A DNA stretch of 59,600 nucleotides from an uncultured archaeon. GTDB lineage: Archaea; Asgardarchaeota; Lokiarchaeia; Sigyniarchaeales; SOKP01. This document shows, piece after piece, positions 1 through 10,882 of this stretch (positions are counted from its first letter, which is position 1; each line of letters opens with the position of its first letter). A model generated the notes under the pieces. The model was given only the letters and a program-made list of their open reading frames with translations, had not been told where the DNA came from and searched no databases. Position numbers and translations under genes: made by a program. The stretch is taken from assembly GCA_964388035.1 (NCBI GenBank), contig CAYLZE010000021.1, positions 1 through 59,600 of the forward strand, written 5' to 3'.

Positions 1-116
1 TCGATTTTGAATTTAGTAGGTACTTCATTTGCAAGTTGAATTTCTTTTGCAACATTTTTGATTGATATACTTTTCTCTTGAGCTCTAAGATTTATTTTTT
101 TTAAAAAGTCTCTCAT
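1..116 (-). CDS. 5' fragment of a gene running off the window, possibly a UbiD-family (prFMN-dependent) decarboxylase
   Basis: ATG at 116 gives MRDFLKKINLRAQEKSISIKNVAKEIQLANEVPTKFKI..., 15 nt downstream of ubiX on the same strand. An MRDFL-type start and ubiX linkage fit UbiD, but only 38 codons are visible. Confidence 0.45.
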   Translation of the reverse strand, partial: MRDFLKKINLRAQEKSISIKNVAKEIQLANEVPTKFKI

Positions 117-131
117 GATGAATCAAACACT

Positions 132-707
132 CTATTTTTTAGAATTTTCATAAATTGAATTCCATCTTTTAATATTGACTTCAATCCCTAACTGATCCAA
201 TATTCTACCAATCATATGTTCGATTAATTCATCGAGAGAAGTAGGATGGTAATAAAAGGATGGTATGGGGGGAGCAATGACTACTCCTAGTTTTGCTAAA
301 AAAAGCATGTTCTTTAGATGGATGACACTTAAAGGACTTTCTCTCGGAACTAAAACTAGCTTTCCACCTTCTTTTATTATGACATCAGCTGCCCTTGAGA
401 TCAAGGTATTTGCATATCCCTGAGATATAGCGGATAACGTTTTCATAGAACATGGAATGATTACCATTGTATCAAATTTGGATGATCCGCTTGCTGGAGG
501 GGCCGTTAGATCGTTGTTATTATAAACATGTGTAGCCAACTTTTTTAAATCAGATATTTCTTCCTTTGTTTCAAGCCTAATAATTTCTTGTGCCATTTCT
601 GATATTATTAATTCAAAATTAACACCCAATTCATAAAGTTTCTTCAAGAAATGGGTACCGATTTGAACGCCTGTAGTTCCCGAAATTCCTACTAACATTT
701 CTTTCAT
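132..707 (-). CDS. ubiX: Flavin prenyltransferase UbiX
   Basis: VGISGTTG, APPASGS, PCSMKTL, RAADV, LVPRESPL and PSFY motifs of the UbiX/Pad1 family. Confidence 0.95.
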   Translation of the reverse strand: MKEMLVGISGTTGVQIGTHFLKKLYELGVNFELIISEMAQEIIRLETKEEISDLKKLATHVYNNNDLTAPPASGSSKFDTMVIIPCSMKTLSAISQGYANTLISRAADVIIKEGGKLVLVPRESPLSVIHLKNMLFLAKLGVVIAPPIPSFYYHPTSLDELIEHMIGRILDQLGIEVNIKRWNSIYENSKK

Positions 708-850
708 CCAATCGCTCCTATTTGAACGTATTTGATAAATTCAAGTTATATTTTGGAATGTCTAGAATTTAAAAAAATAAAATTAATAATCTTAATTAAT
801 TATAATAATTTTAAAACTCAATTGAAAATAACTTTTATCGGTGAAAAACG

Positions 851-1672
851 ATTAGTATCGATTGGCCTAAAATAGAGGAGAAACCTGATTCAAAAATAAA
901 AATTGATGGAACTTTTTTATTGGATCTTCGATCCGAGAAGATAGATTTGGAAAAGAAATTAACGGAAGCAGAAAAAAAAGTTTCTGAATTAGAGAAGAAA
1001 CTCTCTGATAATCAAAAAAATTTGGATCAAGTTATTAAAGAAAAAAAGGATTTAATGAATAATCTTTCAACCTCGGAGGATAAGATAAATAGTTTAGAGG
1101 AAAAATCCAACAATTTAACCAAAGAAATCAATAATTTAAAGTCTGATATAGATGTTAAGGCAAAAGAAATAGAAGGATTAAAAAATAATGTCAATGAAAT
1201 CCAGAAGAAAATATCAGAAAAAGATGTTGAGATTAATACCATTAAAGGGCAATTAGTTGATAAAACTAATGAGATTAACCAAGTAAAGAGTCAAATCTCA
1301 GAGAAAGAGAATGCTGTCAATCATATGAAAAGCCAAGTTTCAGAAAAAGAAAATGAAATCAAGGCAATTAAAGAAGAATATGAAAAAGCCACTGCAGATT
1401 ATAATGGTGAAACAGAAAGGCTTAGAAATTCTCTCGATAAAATAACAAATGAAAAAGATCAAGAGATCGAATCTCTTAAAGAAAAATTGCTTAAAAACGT
1501 GGATGAAATTGAGGAATTAAGAGGGAAAGTTCAAAAGTTGGAAGCCTCTCAAACTGAAGAAAAACCTAGTTTAATGGATGTTATTAATGAAGCTCGCTCT
1601 TTAATGTCTGTAAAAGGATTTTTATCTGATAAAGAATTGGATTCTCTCCTCCAACAAGCGGGATTGGAATAA
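851..1672 (+). CDS. Long coiled-coil protein; start probably ATT at 851 rather than TTG at 920
   Basis: E/K-rich heptad pattern. SD GGTGA (840-844) + 6 nt + ATT opens an in-frame N-terminus (M)SIDWPKIEEKPDSKIKIDGTFLLDLR. Confidence 0.75.
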   Translation: MSIDWPKIEEKPDSKIKIDGTFLLDLRSEKIDLEKKLTEAEKKVSELEKKLSDNQKNLDQVIKEKKDLMNNLSTSEDKINSLEEKSNNLTKEINNLKSDIDVKAKEIEGLKNNVNEIQKKISEKDVEINTIKGQLVDKTNEINQVKSQISEKENAVNHMKSQVSEKENEIKAIKEEYEKATADYNGETERLRNSLDKITNEKDQEIESLKEKLLKNVDEIEELRGKVQKLEASQTEEKPSLMDVINEARSLMSVKGFLSDKELDSLLQQAGLE

Positions 1673-1889
1673 TCTTTATTATTTTTTATAAAAAATTTCT
1701 ATCATTTTCTATTTATTTTTACTTTTGAAAATAATACTCTGATTTTTTTTTAATTTAAAGAAAGGAAATTGACTATATTATCGTTTAAAACTATTGAAAA
1801 GTAAAAAATAAAGAATGTCAAGAAACTTATTACCGTATAATTCAATTACAAATAAAGTGAAAAACTAAAATGAATTATCTTCATTTTCT

Positions 1890-2960
1890 TTAGAATTTTC
1901 TGTTTTTTACAAAAGCAAGAAGATCCTTAAAAAATTCTGTTTCTGAACTGTTCATTTCTTTTTCCATCGACTCTAACTCATCTAATGATAGATCATAATA
2001 ATATTGTGCTTTTTCTTGACAAGCATTCACTACATTAGCGTCCTTAAACAATTCCTTAACTTGATTGACATCTTCAATTGAAATTTCTTTTTTCTCGGTT
2101 AATTCCTTTAATAATCTCTTCTTTGATCCCGCTAATCTTTCCCATGCTGAGAGTAATAGGCAGGTTTTTTTACCTTCTCTTATATCTCCATCCGTGGGTT
2201 TTCCTGTGACTTTCTCATCTCCGAAGGTGCCTAAGATATCATCTATAATTTGAAAAATAATACCCAAATTTAATGCAAATTGGGATATTGCCTCTTTTTG
2301 ATGCTTTTCTGCTCTTGCATAGGTCGCTCCTATTAACACGGAATTTTTCAATAAGGCACCAGTTTTTAAGGATATCATGGTGATATAATCATCCATTAAA
2401 GGGAAGTCCTTATTTACCATATCCATTTCAATGAGAACCCCATTACTTACTTCTAAAAATGCATTTTTATAAATTCTTATGGCTTCATTATTAAGAGCTG
2501 GTTCAAAATCATTATTTAGAAAGGCCTCAAGACCTAAAAAAAAAGCAGAATCTCCCCCAATTATCCCAATACAATTACCATAATCGTCTTTTTCCATTTT
2601 TTTTATATTATATTTATCGTGATATATTTTGTATCTATAATGAAAGGAGGGTTCTCCCCTTCTGAAATCGTCCTTATCAATTATATCATCATGAATTAAA
2701 GAAGCATTATGAAGAAATTCTACTCCTATACTTGGAAAAACAATTTTATCTTTTTCTCCATTCTTCAGCAGGGAATTATAAGCTGCAATACAGATAAGAG
2801 GACGAATTCTCTTTCCTCCTGAAAGAAAATAATTTTTTAATTCGAGATAATAACGTTTTAAAAATTCATTTTTTACTTCACTCAATTTATGATCGAAAAT
2901 TGCTCCGATCGCGTTATTGATACCCGGTACATAGGATTGAACATATTTTGCTAATTTCAT
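1890..2960 (-). CDS. trans-polyprenyl diphosphate synthase (IdsA/GGPPS family)
   Basis: GGKRIRP, first Asp-rich motif HDDIIDKDDFRRG, KTG, FQIIDDILG, GKPTDGDIREGKKT. Confidence 0.93.
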   Translation of the reverse strand: MKLAKYVQSYVPGINNAIGAIFDHKLSEVKNEFLKRYYLELKNYFLSGGKRIRPLICIAAYNSLLKNGEKDKIVFPSIGVEFLHNASLIHDDIIDKDDFRRGEPSFHYRYKIYHDKYNIKKMEKDDYGNCIGIIGGDSAFFLGLEAFLNNDFEPALNNEAIRIYKNAFLEVSNGVLIEMDMVNKDFPLMDDYITMISLKTGALLKNSVLIGATYARAEKHQKEAISQFALNLGIIFQIIDDILGTFGDEKVTGKPTDGDIREGKKTCLLLSAWERLAGSKKRLLKELTEKKEISIEDVNQVKELFKDANVVNACQEKAQYYYDLSLDELESMEKEMNSSETEFFKDLLAFVKNRKF

Positions 2961-3285
2961 TTTTCTGGCTAATTTACTCTTACAATAAAATCTTTAAAGA
3001 TATCAAGTTAATTCTCCTTGAATATCAGTATACTGATCGAATTATTAAGTTTGAAAGGGTTTTCAATTTTACTTCCGAAAAGTGATTAAATTATAAAAAG
3101 GTGTTCAAATAATTTATATTCTTAAATGTTACAAATATTAGATATTATTGGAGATAGTATAATTATAATAAAATTAATAAAGAATTCAGAAATTTCCTTC
3201 ACGTATTTTTATAGTAAAAAATTTACTTTCTATTGATGGATCTTAATTAAACCATTAAGCTTGAAAAAAGATTCTTATTAAAATC

Positions 3286-3879
3286 ATGGAAAAAAAAAAG
3301 AAGAAAATTTTATTCATATTTCTTATTTTGGTGGGTCTATTAATTGTTTTTGATGTTACCTTTATTTGGCTTTTTACTTATAAAGTAAATAGTAATGACT
3401 CTACTGAGTTACCCTCATTAAATTCTTCCTATTCTCCGTTAAATATCGGTATGGAATCTTTTTATTTAATTTTAATCAACATAATAATTGTCTTATTCAT
3501 ATCCTTATCAATCTTAAAAATTGTACATCAAGATTATAATTCTTTTCAATCTCGCGAATTTAACTTGAATAACCTTCAAGTTAATATGAAAAAAATTTTA
3601 AACTCTCATGAAATAATTGATGATTTGATTTATACAAGTCAATTAATGAATTCATTAACTGGAGATGCTGCAAAATCAAAATTGAAAAATTTAAATCAAT
3701 TTAAATTAACAATAATATCAAAAGAGTTCATGAGGAGAGCAGACGCTTTAGGGTGGCAAGATAATGAAGAAAAAAAGCTTTTTATAAAAGAAATGGTTGT
3801 TCTCACACCCCAAGAGAGAAACGATTTATTAACGAAAATGGAAATGCAATCCCAGGAAATTAAAAGAGAAAAACCGTAA
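3286..3879 (+). CDS. Hypothetical membrane protein (2 TM + helical C-terminal domain)
   Basis: Two hydrophobic segments; 21 nt upstream of the wHTH gene on the same strand. Confidence 0.7.
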   Translation: MEKKKKKILFIFLILVGLLIVFDVTFIWLFTYKVNSNDSTELPSLNSSYSPLNIGMESFYLILINIIIVLFISLSILKIVHQDYNSFQSREFNLNNLQVNMKKILNSHEIIDDLIYTSQLMNSLTGDAAKSKLKNLNQFKLTIISKEFMRRADALGWQDNEEKKLFIKEMVVLTPQERNDLLTKMEMQSQEIKREKP

Positions 3880-3900
3880 TAAAAAAAGGGGAATTTAAAA

Positions 3901-4578
3901 GTGAGAGAAGATTTAACGCCAGAAGAAACTCTTATCTTATCGATTATTGAAACTTATGTTAATGAGAATAGATGTTTTCAATTGACAAAAATTATTCCCT
4001 TTATACGCGTGAGATTAAGGGAACATTCCGTATATCTCAATCATGGTGGCATAAAAAAGATCCTTATCTCCCTTATTGAAAAAAAACATATTATTGAAGG
4101 ATCGAAACTTTTAAAAGAAGATTTATTGGAAAATTCTAATCGTGAGAGAATTTATCATTTTATTTATGATCATCCAGGATGCTATTTTAATCTGATTTCT
4201 AAAGAACTACAACTAAGTAATTACATTCTCACGTGGCATTTAGATATGCTACTTAGATTTGAATTCATCAGGAGTAGAAAAATTGATAATCATGATGTAT
4301 ATTTTTGCACGAATGTTCCTATTGATGATCAACAAGATACAATATATTATTATCTCTCCAGAAAAAAAGTTATTAAAGTATTGAATTATATAAAAAAAAA
4401 TCCAAATGGCGTTTCTAAATCTGCGATTTCAAGAGATTTAGGTATCCATTTCACAACAATTACTAAATATCTGGATGTTCTTGTTAAATTAAACCTCTTA
4501 ATTGTCAAAAGTTATCTAAATAAACGGCTCTACTCGTTAAATGAGAGATATTTTTATACTTTCATACCATCTTTGTAA
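3901..4578 (+). CDS. Multi-winged-helix transcriptional regulator (ArsR-like tandem wHTH)
   Basis: NRERIYHFIYDHPGCYFNLISKELQLS..LTWHLDML and a second HTH, KSAISRDLGIHFTTITKYLDVL. Confidence 0.85.
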   Translation: MREDLTPEETLILSIIETYVNENRCFQLTKIIPFIRVRLREHSVYLNHGGIKKILISLIEKKHIIEGSKLLKEDLLENSNRERIYHFIYDHPGCYFNLISKELQLSNYILTWHLDMLLRFEFIRSRKIDNHDVYFCTNVPIDDQQDTIYYYLSRKKVIKVLNYIKKNPNGVSKSAISRDLGIHFTTITKYLDVLVKLNLLIVKSYLNKRLYSLNERYFYTFIPSL

Positions 4579-5223
4579 TCATTTTCCTTCAGAAGTAATC
4601 TTTCTTAAACTATTTCCACACTTTTGGCAATATTTAGCATTATTTTTCACATTACTCCCACAGTAAGAACAATATCTTATCATAGTGTTTTTAGGTGTCC
4701 CACAATTATGACAAAATAAAGATTTATTTTCCAATTCTCTACCACATTCTGAACACGTAGATGGGATATATTCCCCTGTTGTTCTTAGATTGATTTCAGG
4801 GGGTAGCAAGAAAAAGGCGTCGTTTTCATCTTGTTGATTATCAGCATGCTCCTTAAATTGCTTGAAGTAAATAAATAGTACGATAAACACAAAAAAAGGA
4901 ACTATGTTCCAATCAGAATAAAATAAATTATAAAGAATCATCGAAGACCACCATGGATAAAAGAAAGAAATAAAATATCCTCCTATTAAAATGATTATAA
5001 AAGCACGCATATAAGAAATTTCTCCGATTCTCTTCCTATTCCGGGAATTTAACGTATTGGATAACATAAAGAGAAAATAAATCATTATAAAAACTAATAA
5101 CCCTACAATAATGGGAATAAAATATGTACTTAATGGTGGTGAATAAATCATCATAGTATGGTTATCGGATGTGTTGGATACTTTTAAGCCGAATGAGTTC
5201 ATTTTTATTTTTTGATTTGACAA
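4579..5223 (-). CDS. Membrane protein with C-terminal double zinc ribbons
   Basis: About 3 TM segments followed by four CxxCG motifs (CSECG, CHNCG, CSYCG, CQKCG). Confidence 0.8.
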   Translation of the reverse strand: MSNQKIKMNSFGLKVSNTSDNHTMMIYSPPLSTYFIPIIVGLLVFIMIYFLFMLSNTLNSRNRKRIGEISYMRAFIIILIGGYFISFFYPWWSSMILYNLFYSDWNIVPFFVFIVLFIYFKQFKEHADNQQDENDAFFLLPPEINLRTTGEYIPSTCSECGRELENKSLFCHNCGTPKNTMIRYCSYCGSNVKNNAKYCQKCGNSLRKITSEGK

Positions 5224-5354
5224 ATACTATTATCTTATTAATAAAAGCGTTATGCAAGTATTTGAATCATTGATGGAATTTATTGAAGTATATCAAAGTA
5301 TCAATTATGAGAAACGAATAAAGAAAATGAGAAGGATAAAGTAAATAAAAGAAA

Positions 5355-8159
5355 TTACTTAAGAGAACAACCAAATTTAAATGTTGCCACCACATGAGGA
5401 TGTAATTGAATATTAACGGTATGATTGTCTAATAGCTCATAATTAGCTTTTATTGGATTCATGGGTTTTTGTTCTAAATAATTCACTAACTCTACAGATT
5501 GAATCTCCAGTAAATCATTAAATTGGATATTGCTGGTTTCAAGAGTATCGGATATATTATAGAATCGTATTATTAGGCTATCATCATTCTCTGATTTTTT
5601 CAAAGCACTTAGAAGAATCTTTTTATTTTTAATTTCAATAAAACTAAATTCATCATTTAAATAAGGTTCGATTTGACTTACTTTAGGTTTTATGAAGTAT
5701 GACAACAATCCAAGAGAACCAAAGAAGATTTTATCGGGGACTCTTATGGGAGTGTCTATCATAGTAGGAAAAAATGGTTTTAAAGGAACATTGAACTCTT
5801 TTGCCTTACTCGGAATTTCCGACGATAGCCAATTTCCATCATCAGCAATTATAAGGGATAATTCGAATTCATGCGAGCCGATACACTGTGCTCCGGGCGT
5901 TTTTAAATCGGGACCCGCATTAGACTTTCTCGTTTCAAAATCCCCCCGGGATAACCAACCAATGCATCTTAATAACGTGACTGCCAAAGTTATGGTATCA
6001 TCCTCATTTTGAATCGCTTCATATTCGGGCAAGCCTTTATTCAATACGGCGTGACAAGAAGTAGAATCATCTACTGCAAGAAAATCTTTCTGATGATTAG
6101 TTGGAAAGGGATCTTGAACCCATTTACTCTCTTTGGTTATTTCAACCTCTCGTTCATTCACGTAAAAATGGCCATCCGCGTGCACCTTATTTGCTTTAAT
6201 CAAGGTAGGAAATAAAACCCTTAAGCGATGATCCATGCTTCTATTTATCAATTTTATTCTGAAATCTATACGTTTGATATTTTCATACAAGCTTATGAAT
6301 AATTCAATTTCATTTTCAATAAGAATTAAGGAACGATTGTACCTATCTTCAGAAAGAGAAACGGGTAATCTTAACATCATTTTAATTTGCATGGTCTTTT
6401 GAGAAAGTCCATCTATATATGGGATGATTTCTTTTACAATTGCATCCCTGCTGGAGTACTTCATATCTGTTTGATTCTCCTTTGGACCCGAGAAATCGTA
6501 CTCATCCCCCCAATCCCCAACATCTTCAAACTCAATAATACTCTCATGAAACTTTCCCCCCATTTTATCCTTTAATGAAATAATCCCATCATTTTGAATT
6601 TCAATACGGTAAAATTGATTTTCTATAGAATTTAAGGTCATGCCAAAAGAATTTGATTCGGATTTGAATTTCTCGGGAGACACTTTTGAATCCAAATAAT
6701 AAATGCGATATCCACAAGGTGGAATGTCCGCGATAAAGCTTACTTCATTACTACAATTTGGTTCTTGAGTGTATCTAGGTTCTTCTTCTACGCGATGCCC
6801 CTGAAATTCTATTTCTTTTCCCGAGTTATCAATGATCCGGAATGGTTGGGGAAATTCACCGCTTCCCCCTTTATTTACCGCAATCATGTTAAACTTGACG
6901 ATATCTTTCCTTTTCCAGGGTAGAGGATTAATGATGAGCAATGGAGTATGGTTTTTTTCCGTATAAGTCATCTTAACAAATTCTATAAAAAATAATATTG
7001 AGTTTTTTAATATTTCCATGCCAATTTGTTCAGCCCAATCAAACCGCGTTTTCATTTCATCATGAACTTGGTCTATACTACATCCGCAAATTGAATCGTG
7101 GGGATGATTCTTAATTAACCATTTCAATCCAGTTAGAAGGTAGGAGGAGGGATATTCAAACGATTTTGATTTATCTAATGCCCATACCATCGTGGAGAAT
7201 GGTTCGGAATATTTCTCATATAGGTATTCAATCCATGTATTTCTCTGCTTTATCCACATGCGTGCTGAAAATACCCCTGAAAGGAGATGGGCGTATTTTC
7301 CTCCCCGTAATTCACCCATGAATTCTTTTAATTTAGGATTTGTCTTCAGTACTTCATTGACATAATATTCAAAATCATTTTGTACTAACTCCTTGTCTGG
7401 AAATTGTTCATTCCATTCTCTCACGATTTCGGGAATTTCAGCAACTGCCTCGTGATGGTCAGAACCATTATTTAATACTACTAAAGGGGTTGCAGTATAT
7501 TTTTCCAACGTGGATACCACATTTTTTATCCTTCTTATCGCTGATTTATATTTCCCCTTAACTGTACTAGTATTCAAATCTGCAACAGAACCATAACTCA
7601 TTATTAAATGGATTGCCAAGATAGAAGCTGCCTTTCCTGGAGAATTCCACTTAAATTCCATGTTTAAATTCAGTTTTTCAAATTCATCTCCAAACCCCCT
7701 CCAAAAAATCACGGAAGGAATTTCAAACCCACTCAATATTTGAGGGAGTTGAGCAATATGACCAAAAGGATCCGGAATATATCCTGTTTTCATGACTCTT
7801 CCAAATTCTCGGGCTATTTTATGGCCGATTATCAGATTTCTTATCAGTGATTCCCCAGAGATCAAAAACTCATCGGGGAGAACGTAAAATGGCCCGATGG
7901 ATAATCGATGCTCTTGGACAAAACGCTTTATTAATTCTTTCTTTTCCGGTTTTACTTCGAGATAATCTTCAATAGGAATTGTTTGTCCATCAAATGTGAA
8001 ATTTGCATAATTTGGGTCCTTATTCAAGATGGAAAGTAATTTATCCATCATTAAAACCAACCTTGCTCGATATTCTTGAAAGGGTATGTACCATTCGCGA
8101 TCCCAGTGCGTTTCGGGAACTATTATTATTCGATTTGCTTTCACTTTTAATCTTATCAC
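5355..8159 (-). CDS. Glycoside hydrolase family 38 alpha-mannosidase (MngB-like)
   Basis: THWDREWY, FDGQT, PDPFGH, NGSDH and HPHDSICGCS motifs. True start may be the GTG at 8144, since AGGTGAT looks like the SD. Confidence 0.95.
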   Translation of the reverse strand: MIRLKVKANRIIIVPETHWDREWYIPFQEYRARLVLMMDKLLSILNKDPNYANFTFDGQTIPIEDYLEVKPEKKELIKRFVQEHRLSIGPFYVLPDEFLISGESLIRNLIIGHKIAREFGRVMKTGYIPDPFGHIAQLPQILSGFEIPSVIFWRGFGDEFEKLNLNMEFKWNSPGKAASILAIHLIMSYGSVADLNTSTVKGKYKSAIRRIKNVVSTLEKYTATPLVVLNNGSDHHEAVAEIPEIVREWNEQFPDKELVQNDFEYYVNEVLKTNPKLKEFMGELRGGKYAHLLSGVFSARMWIKQRNTWIEYLYEKYSEPFSTMVWALDKSKSFEYPSSYLLTGLKWLIKNHPHDSICGCSIDQVHDEMKTRFDWAEQIGMEILKNSILFFIEFVKMTYTEKNHTPLLIINPLPWKRKDIVKFNMIAVNKGGSGEFPQPFRIIDNSGKEIEFQGHRVEEEPRYTQEPNCSNEVSFIADIPPCGYRIYYLDSKVSPEKFKSESNSFGMTLNSIENQFYRIEIQNDGIISLKDKMGGKFHESIIEFEDVGDWGDEYDFSGPKENQTDMKYSSRDAIVKEIIPYIDGLSQKTMQIKMMLRLPVSLSEDRYNRSLILIENEIELFISLYENIKRIDFRIKLINRSMDHRLRVLFPTLIKANKVHADGHFYVNEREVEITKESKWVQDPFPTNHQKDFLAVDDSTSCHAVLNKGLPEYEAIQNEDDTITLAVTLLRCIGWLSRGDFETRKSNAGPDLKTPGAQCIGSHEFELSLIIADDGNWLSSEIPSKAKEFNVPLKPFFPTMIDTPIRVPDKIFFGSLGLLSYFIKPKVSQIEPYLNDEFSFIEIKNKKILLSALKKSENDDSLIIRFYNISDTLETSNIQFNDLLEIQSVELVNYLEQKPMNPIKANYELLDNHTVNIQLHPHVVATFKFGCSLK

Positions 8160-8545
8160 CTATAATTAAATAATATTTAGAAGAAGTTGATAATAAAAAT
8201 ATCGTAAACCTTGAAGAATTATGAAACTATCTATAGTCTATCCTAAACAATGAGACGGAAGATAGATCGAAACGTTCTAAAAATTTGAACAATCTTGGTG
8301 AAGTTAGATGGAAAGGAATTCAAGTTATTTCTTTAATTAATTCCTTTGCAAGCTATTTTCCTTTCATAAAAATAATTTTTTCATTAGACAACAACATTGT
8401 TGCAAGTTCATTTAAACCTTACAAAAATCATTCAAATGATTGTATCGATCCTTGTTAACATTTTTCGGTAAAACCTTAATCCACCCATTTTTTTAACACT
8501 TAAAATTTGAATTTAATTAGCTTTCATTAAATATTTGATGTAATA

Positions 8546-9235
8546 ATGACACCATCCGACAGAGGGGAAAATTCTTTTAAAAGACTTCCCAAGTTTGCGG
8601 CAAAGATGTATGAAAAAATGACCAATTTTCCTTCCATTCAACTCCAGCATTCTCAAATTGCCGACGATCTTTTAAAGAAAATTCAAGAGGGAAAATTATT
8701 AGATGTGGGTACCGGACACGGAATATTATTAAAAATAATACATCAAAAAAACCCTCGAATAGAATTATACGGATTAGATATTTCGGAAGAAATGATTAAT
8801 AGAGCTCGTGATAATTTAAAAGAAATTGACGTTCATCTTTCCTCGGGTACTATACACAAAACTACGTATAGCGATAATTTCTTTGATTTGATTACGTGCA
8901 CGGGCAGTTTTTATATTTGGAATTATCCGGTAGAATCTATTAATGAAGTTTTTCGAATTTTACAGCCAAGACGTTCTGCTATCCTTTACGAGTCGTATCG
9001 AGATCATGATAAACAAGCATTTCTGGAAATGTTATCCAAAAACCTTGAAAATATTTCTTATTTCAAAAAAAAAATTAGTGCACATTTCTTAAAAAGGCAG
9101 CTTAGCATGACTTATAGCGTGCAAGAATTTGAAGACCTCTTCACGCAAACCAAATTTGCTCGGAATTATACCCTTGAAAAAGTTTCACGGGGAAATCTTC
9201 CCGTTTGGTTGAAGATTGAACTAAAGAAGACCTAA
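8546..9235 (+). CDS. Class I SAM-dependent methyltransferase
   Basis: LLDVGTGHG motif I, GLDISEEM, FDLIT, EVFRILQP. Confidence 0.9.
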   Translation: MTPSDRGENSFKRLPKFAAKMYEKMTNFPSIQLQHSQIADDLLKKIQEGKLLDVGTGHGILLKIIHQKNPRIELYGLDISEEMINRARDNLKEIDVHLSSGTIHKTTYSDNFFDLITCTGSFYIWNYPVESINEVFRILQPRRSAILYESYRDHDKQAFLEMLSKNLENISYFKKKISAHFLKRQLSMTYSVQEFEDLFTQTKFARNYTLEKVSRGNLPVWLKIELKKT

Positions 9236-9377
9236 AGAAAGGAATCAATGTTTTCAAGCTCCCTTGAGAGGAAGAATCTTTTAAAAAAATTAATTATTAT
9301 ATTAATAATTATAATTAGATAGCTTTTAAATTTCCAAAGATTATTTACTAATAAGAAAGGTTGGTAATGTCAGTTCC

Positions 9378-9794
9378 ATGAATGAGAAAAAATGTACCTT
9401 TTGCGGCAAATATTTTAATTCCCACGGGCTTACTCTATTGGATGAAAAAAAATATATCTGTCCATCCTGTTGGGAACTACTTCCTTTAAAGCAATGCATT
9501 GATAATATAAAAATTAAATTCATGGATGACGGAATCCCCGCCGTAGTGGTTGCTTCTGATACTTTTTTTGTGAAAAACCCCATCAATACCCTTCAAACAA
9601 TTAAACTAAACGCAGATCTCGATTCTTATTATATCCAATTAACTAAAAAAACCGGTATGACACGAAAAAAATTATCTGAGATGGTGCATGAGAAAATAGA
9701 TGAATTTAGTGGTTTGGTTTCTGAAGAGACTGCTCTATTAATGATAGCTCAAGATTTGGGAATAAAATTAGAATCGAATAACCAGGATATCTAA
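9378..9794 (+). CDS. Zn-finger protein with a C-terminal helical domain resembling archaeal RPA N-terminal/DUF2240-like domains
   Basis: CTFC...CPSC; C-terminal FSGLVSEETALLMIAQDLGI. Confidence 0.6.
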   Translation: MNEKKCTFCGKYFNSHGLTLLDEKKYICPSCWELLPLKQCIDNIKIKFMDDGIPAVVVASDTFFVKNPINTLQTIKLNADLDSYYIQLTKKTGMTRKKLSEMVHEKIDEFSGLVSEETALLMIAQDLGIKLESNNQDI

Positions 9795-9916
9795 ATTGTA
9801 TCCATTGATTGTTTTTCCATTAAATTCCAAAAGATAAAGCAAACATTATAGAAACCTTAGATCGATTATTGAAAAATTAATGTGATGTGAATTGATCTAT
9901 TATACTAAACCGCCTT

Positions 9917-10372
9917 TTAATCCTCGTCATCGAAATCTATAATCATTCTTTTTTTATCCTCCCGTTCAGCCACAAATGTTCCATGCTTTTCTAATTGATC
10001 TTCTTTAGGTATCTCAACGTTGGAAAATATTGCCTTCATCATATCCATCTCCATTTCAGGACCGCCAGCCATGGAATCTCCAAATAATTCATCCAAAGCT
10101 TGTTGATCCATGTTCATGCGTTTTGCCATGAATTTTTGGAAAATTTTCTCAATTCTCCCTCTAAAGTTTTCAATTAGGTTTTGGAAGAAGGAGCTTTCTC
10201 CTTTTGATCTATCCTTTCTTGCTTGCTTTTTTCTTAACATTAACTCTTGTTGAATATGATAGCTCCATTCACTACGCGGAATTCCCGCATTTGATAATTG
10301 CTTTTTTACTTCGTGAATTGTCTCTCTCTCTTCATCTGTTAACTTGTATTTATTTCGCTTTCGCACTCCCAT
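9917..10372 (-). CDS. Hypothetical protein
   Basis: 151-aa ORF with protein-like composition; no recognised motif. Confidence 0.7.
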   Translation of the reverse strand: MGVRKRNKYKLTDEERETIHEVKKQLSNAGIPRSEWSYHIQQELMLRKKQARKDRSKGESSFFQNLIENFRGRIEKIFQKFMAKRMNMDQQALDELFGDSMAGGPEMEMDMMKAIFSNVEIPKEDQLEKHGTFVAEREDKKRMIIDFDDED

Positions 10373-10882
10373 TCTATTCTATCCCTTTTTAAACATTTAA
10401 TCTTATTATGAAAATCTATAACGGCTATATTTCACAATAATTTAATATTTAGTAAGAAAAATATTTAATTAAAGCAGTTATAAAAAAAGTTTATCCCACA
10501 GAGTTTCACCCCTCTTTTGTTCTCTCTTAAATCTCTCTTAAATTCTCATTCCAATAAGTAAATTTAAAGATCTTTTAAGATATGCTAATTCAAAAATGGG
10601 CTAAAACAGTCGTGAGCGTATTCTTAATATTAGTTGAGAAAGATATGAAATGTCAGACAAATCTCTATTAGATCCATGCACTAATTTTATTTAAAAACTT
10701 GGTTTTGCATGATCTTGATATTATATAAAAAAAACTCGTAATAAAATAATGACAAAAAAAGATTTAAAAAAAGAATATACCTTGTATATTCACTTTTTTC
10801 CATTTTAAAACAATGCGTTATTGGAGAAATTTTCCCTTTTGAAAATGATGGGTGAAATAAGCTTATAACCGGATAAAAGAAT

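Noticed and set aside
851-1672. SMC/ESCRT/tropomyosin assignment for the coiled-coil protein
   Set aside because: Only generic heptads; no ATPase or family-specific motif
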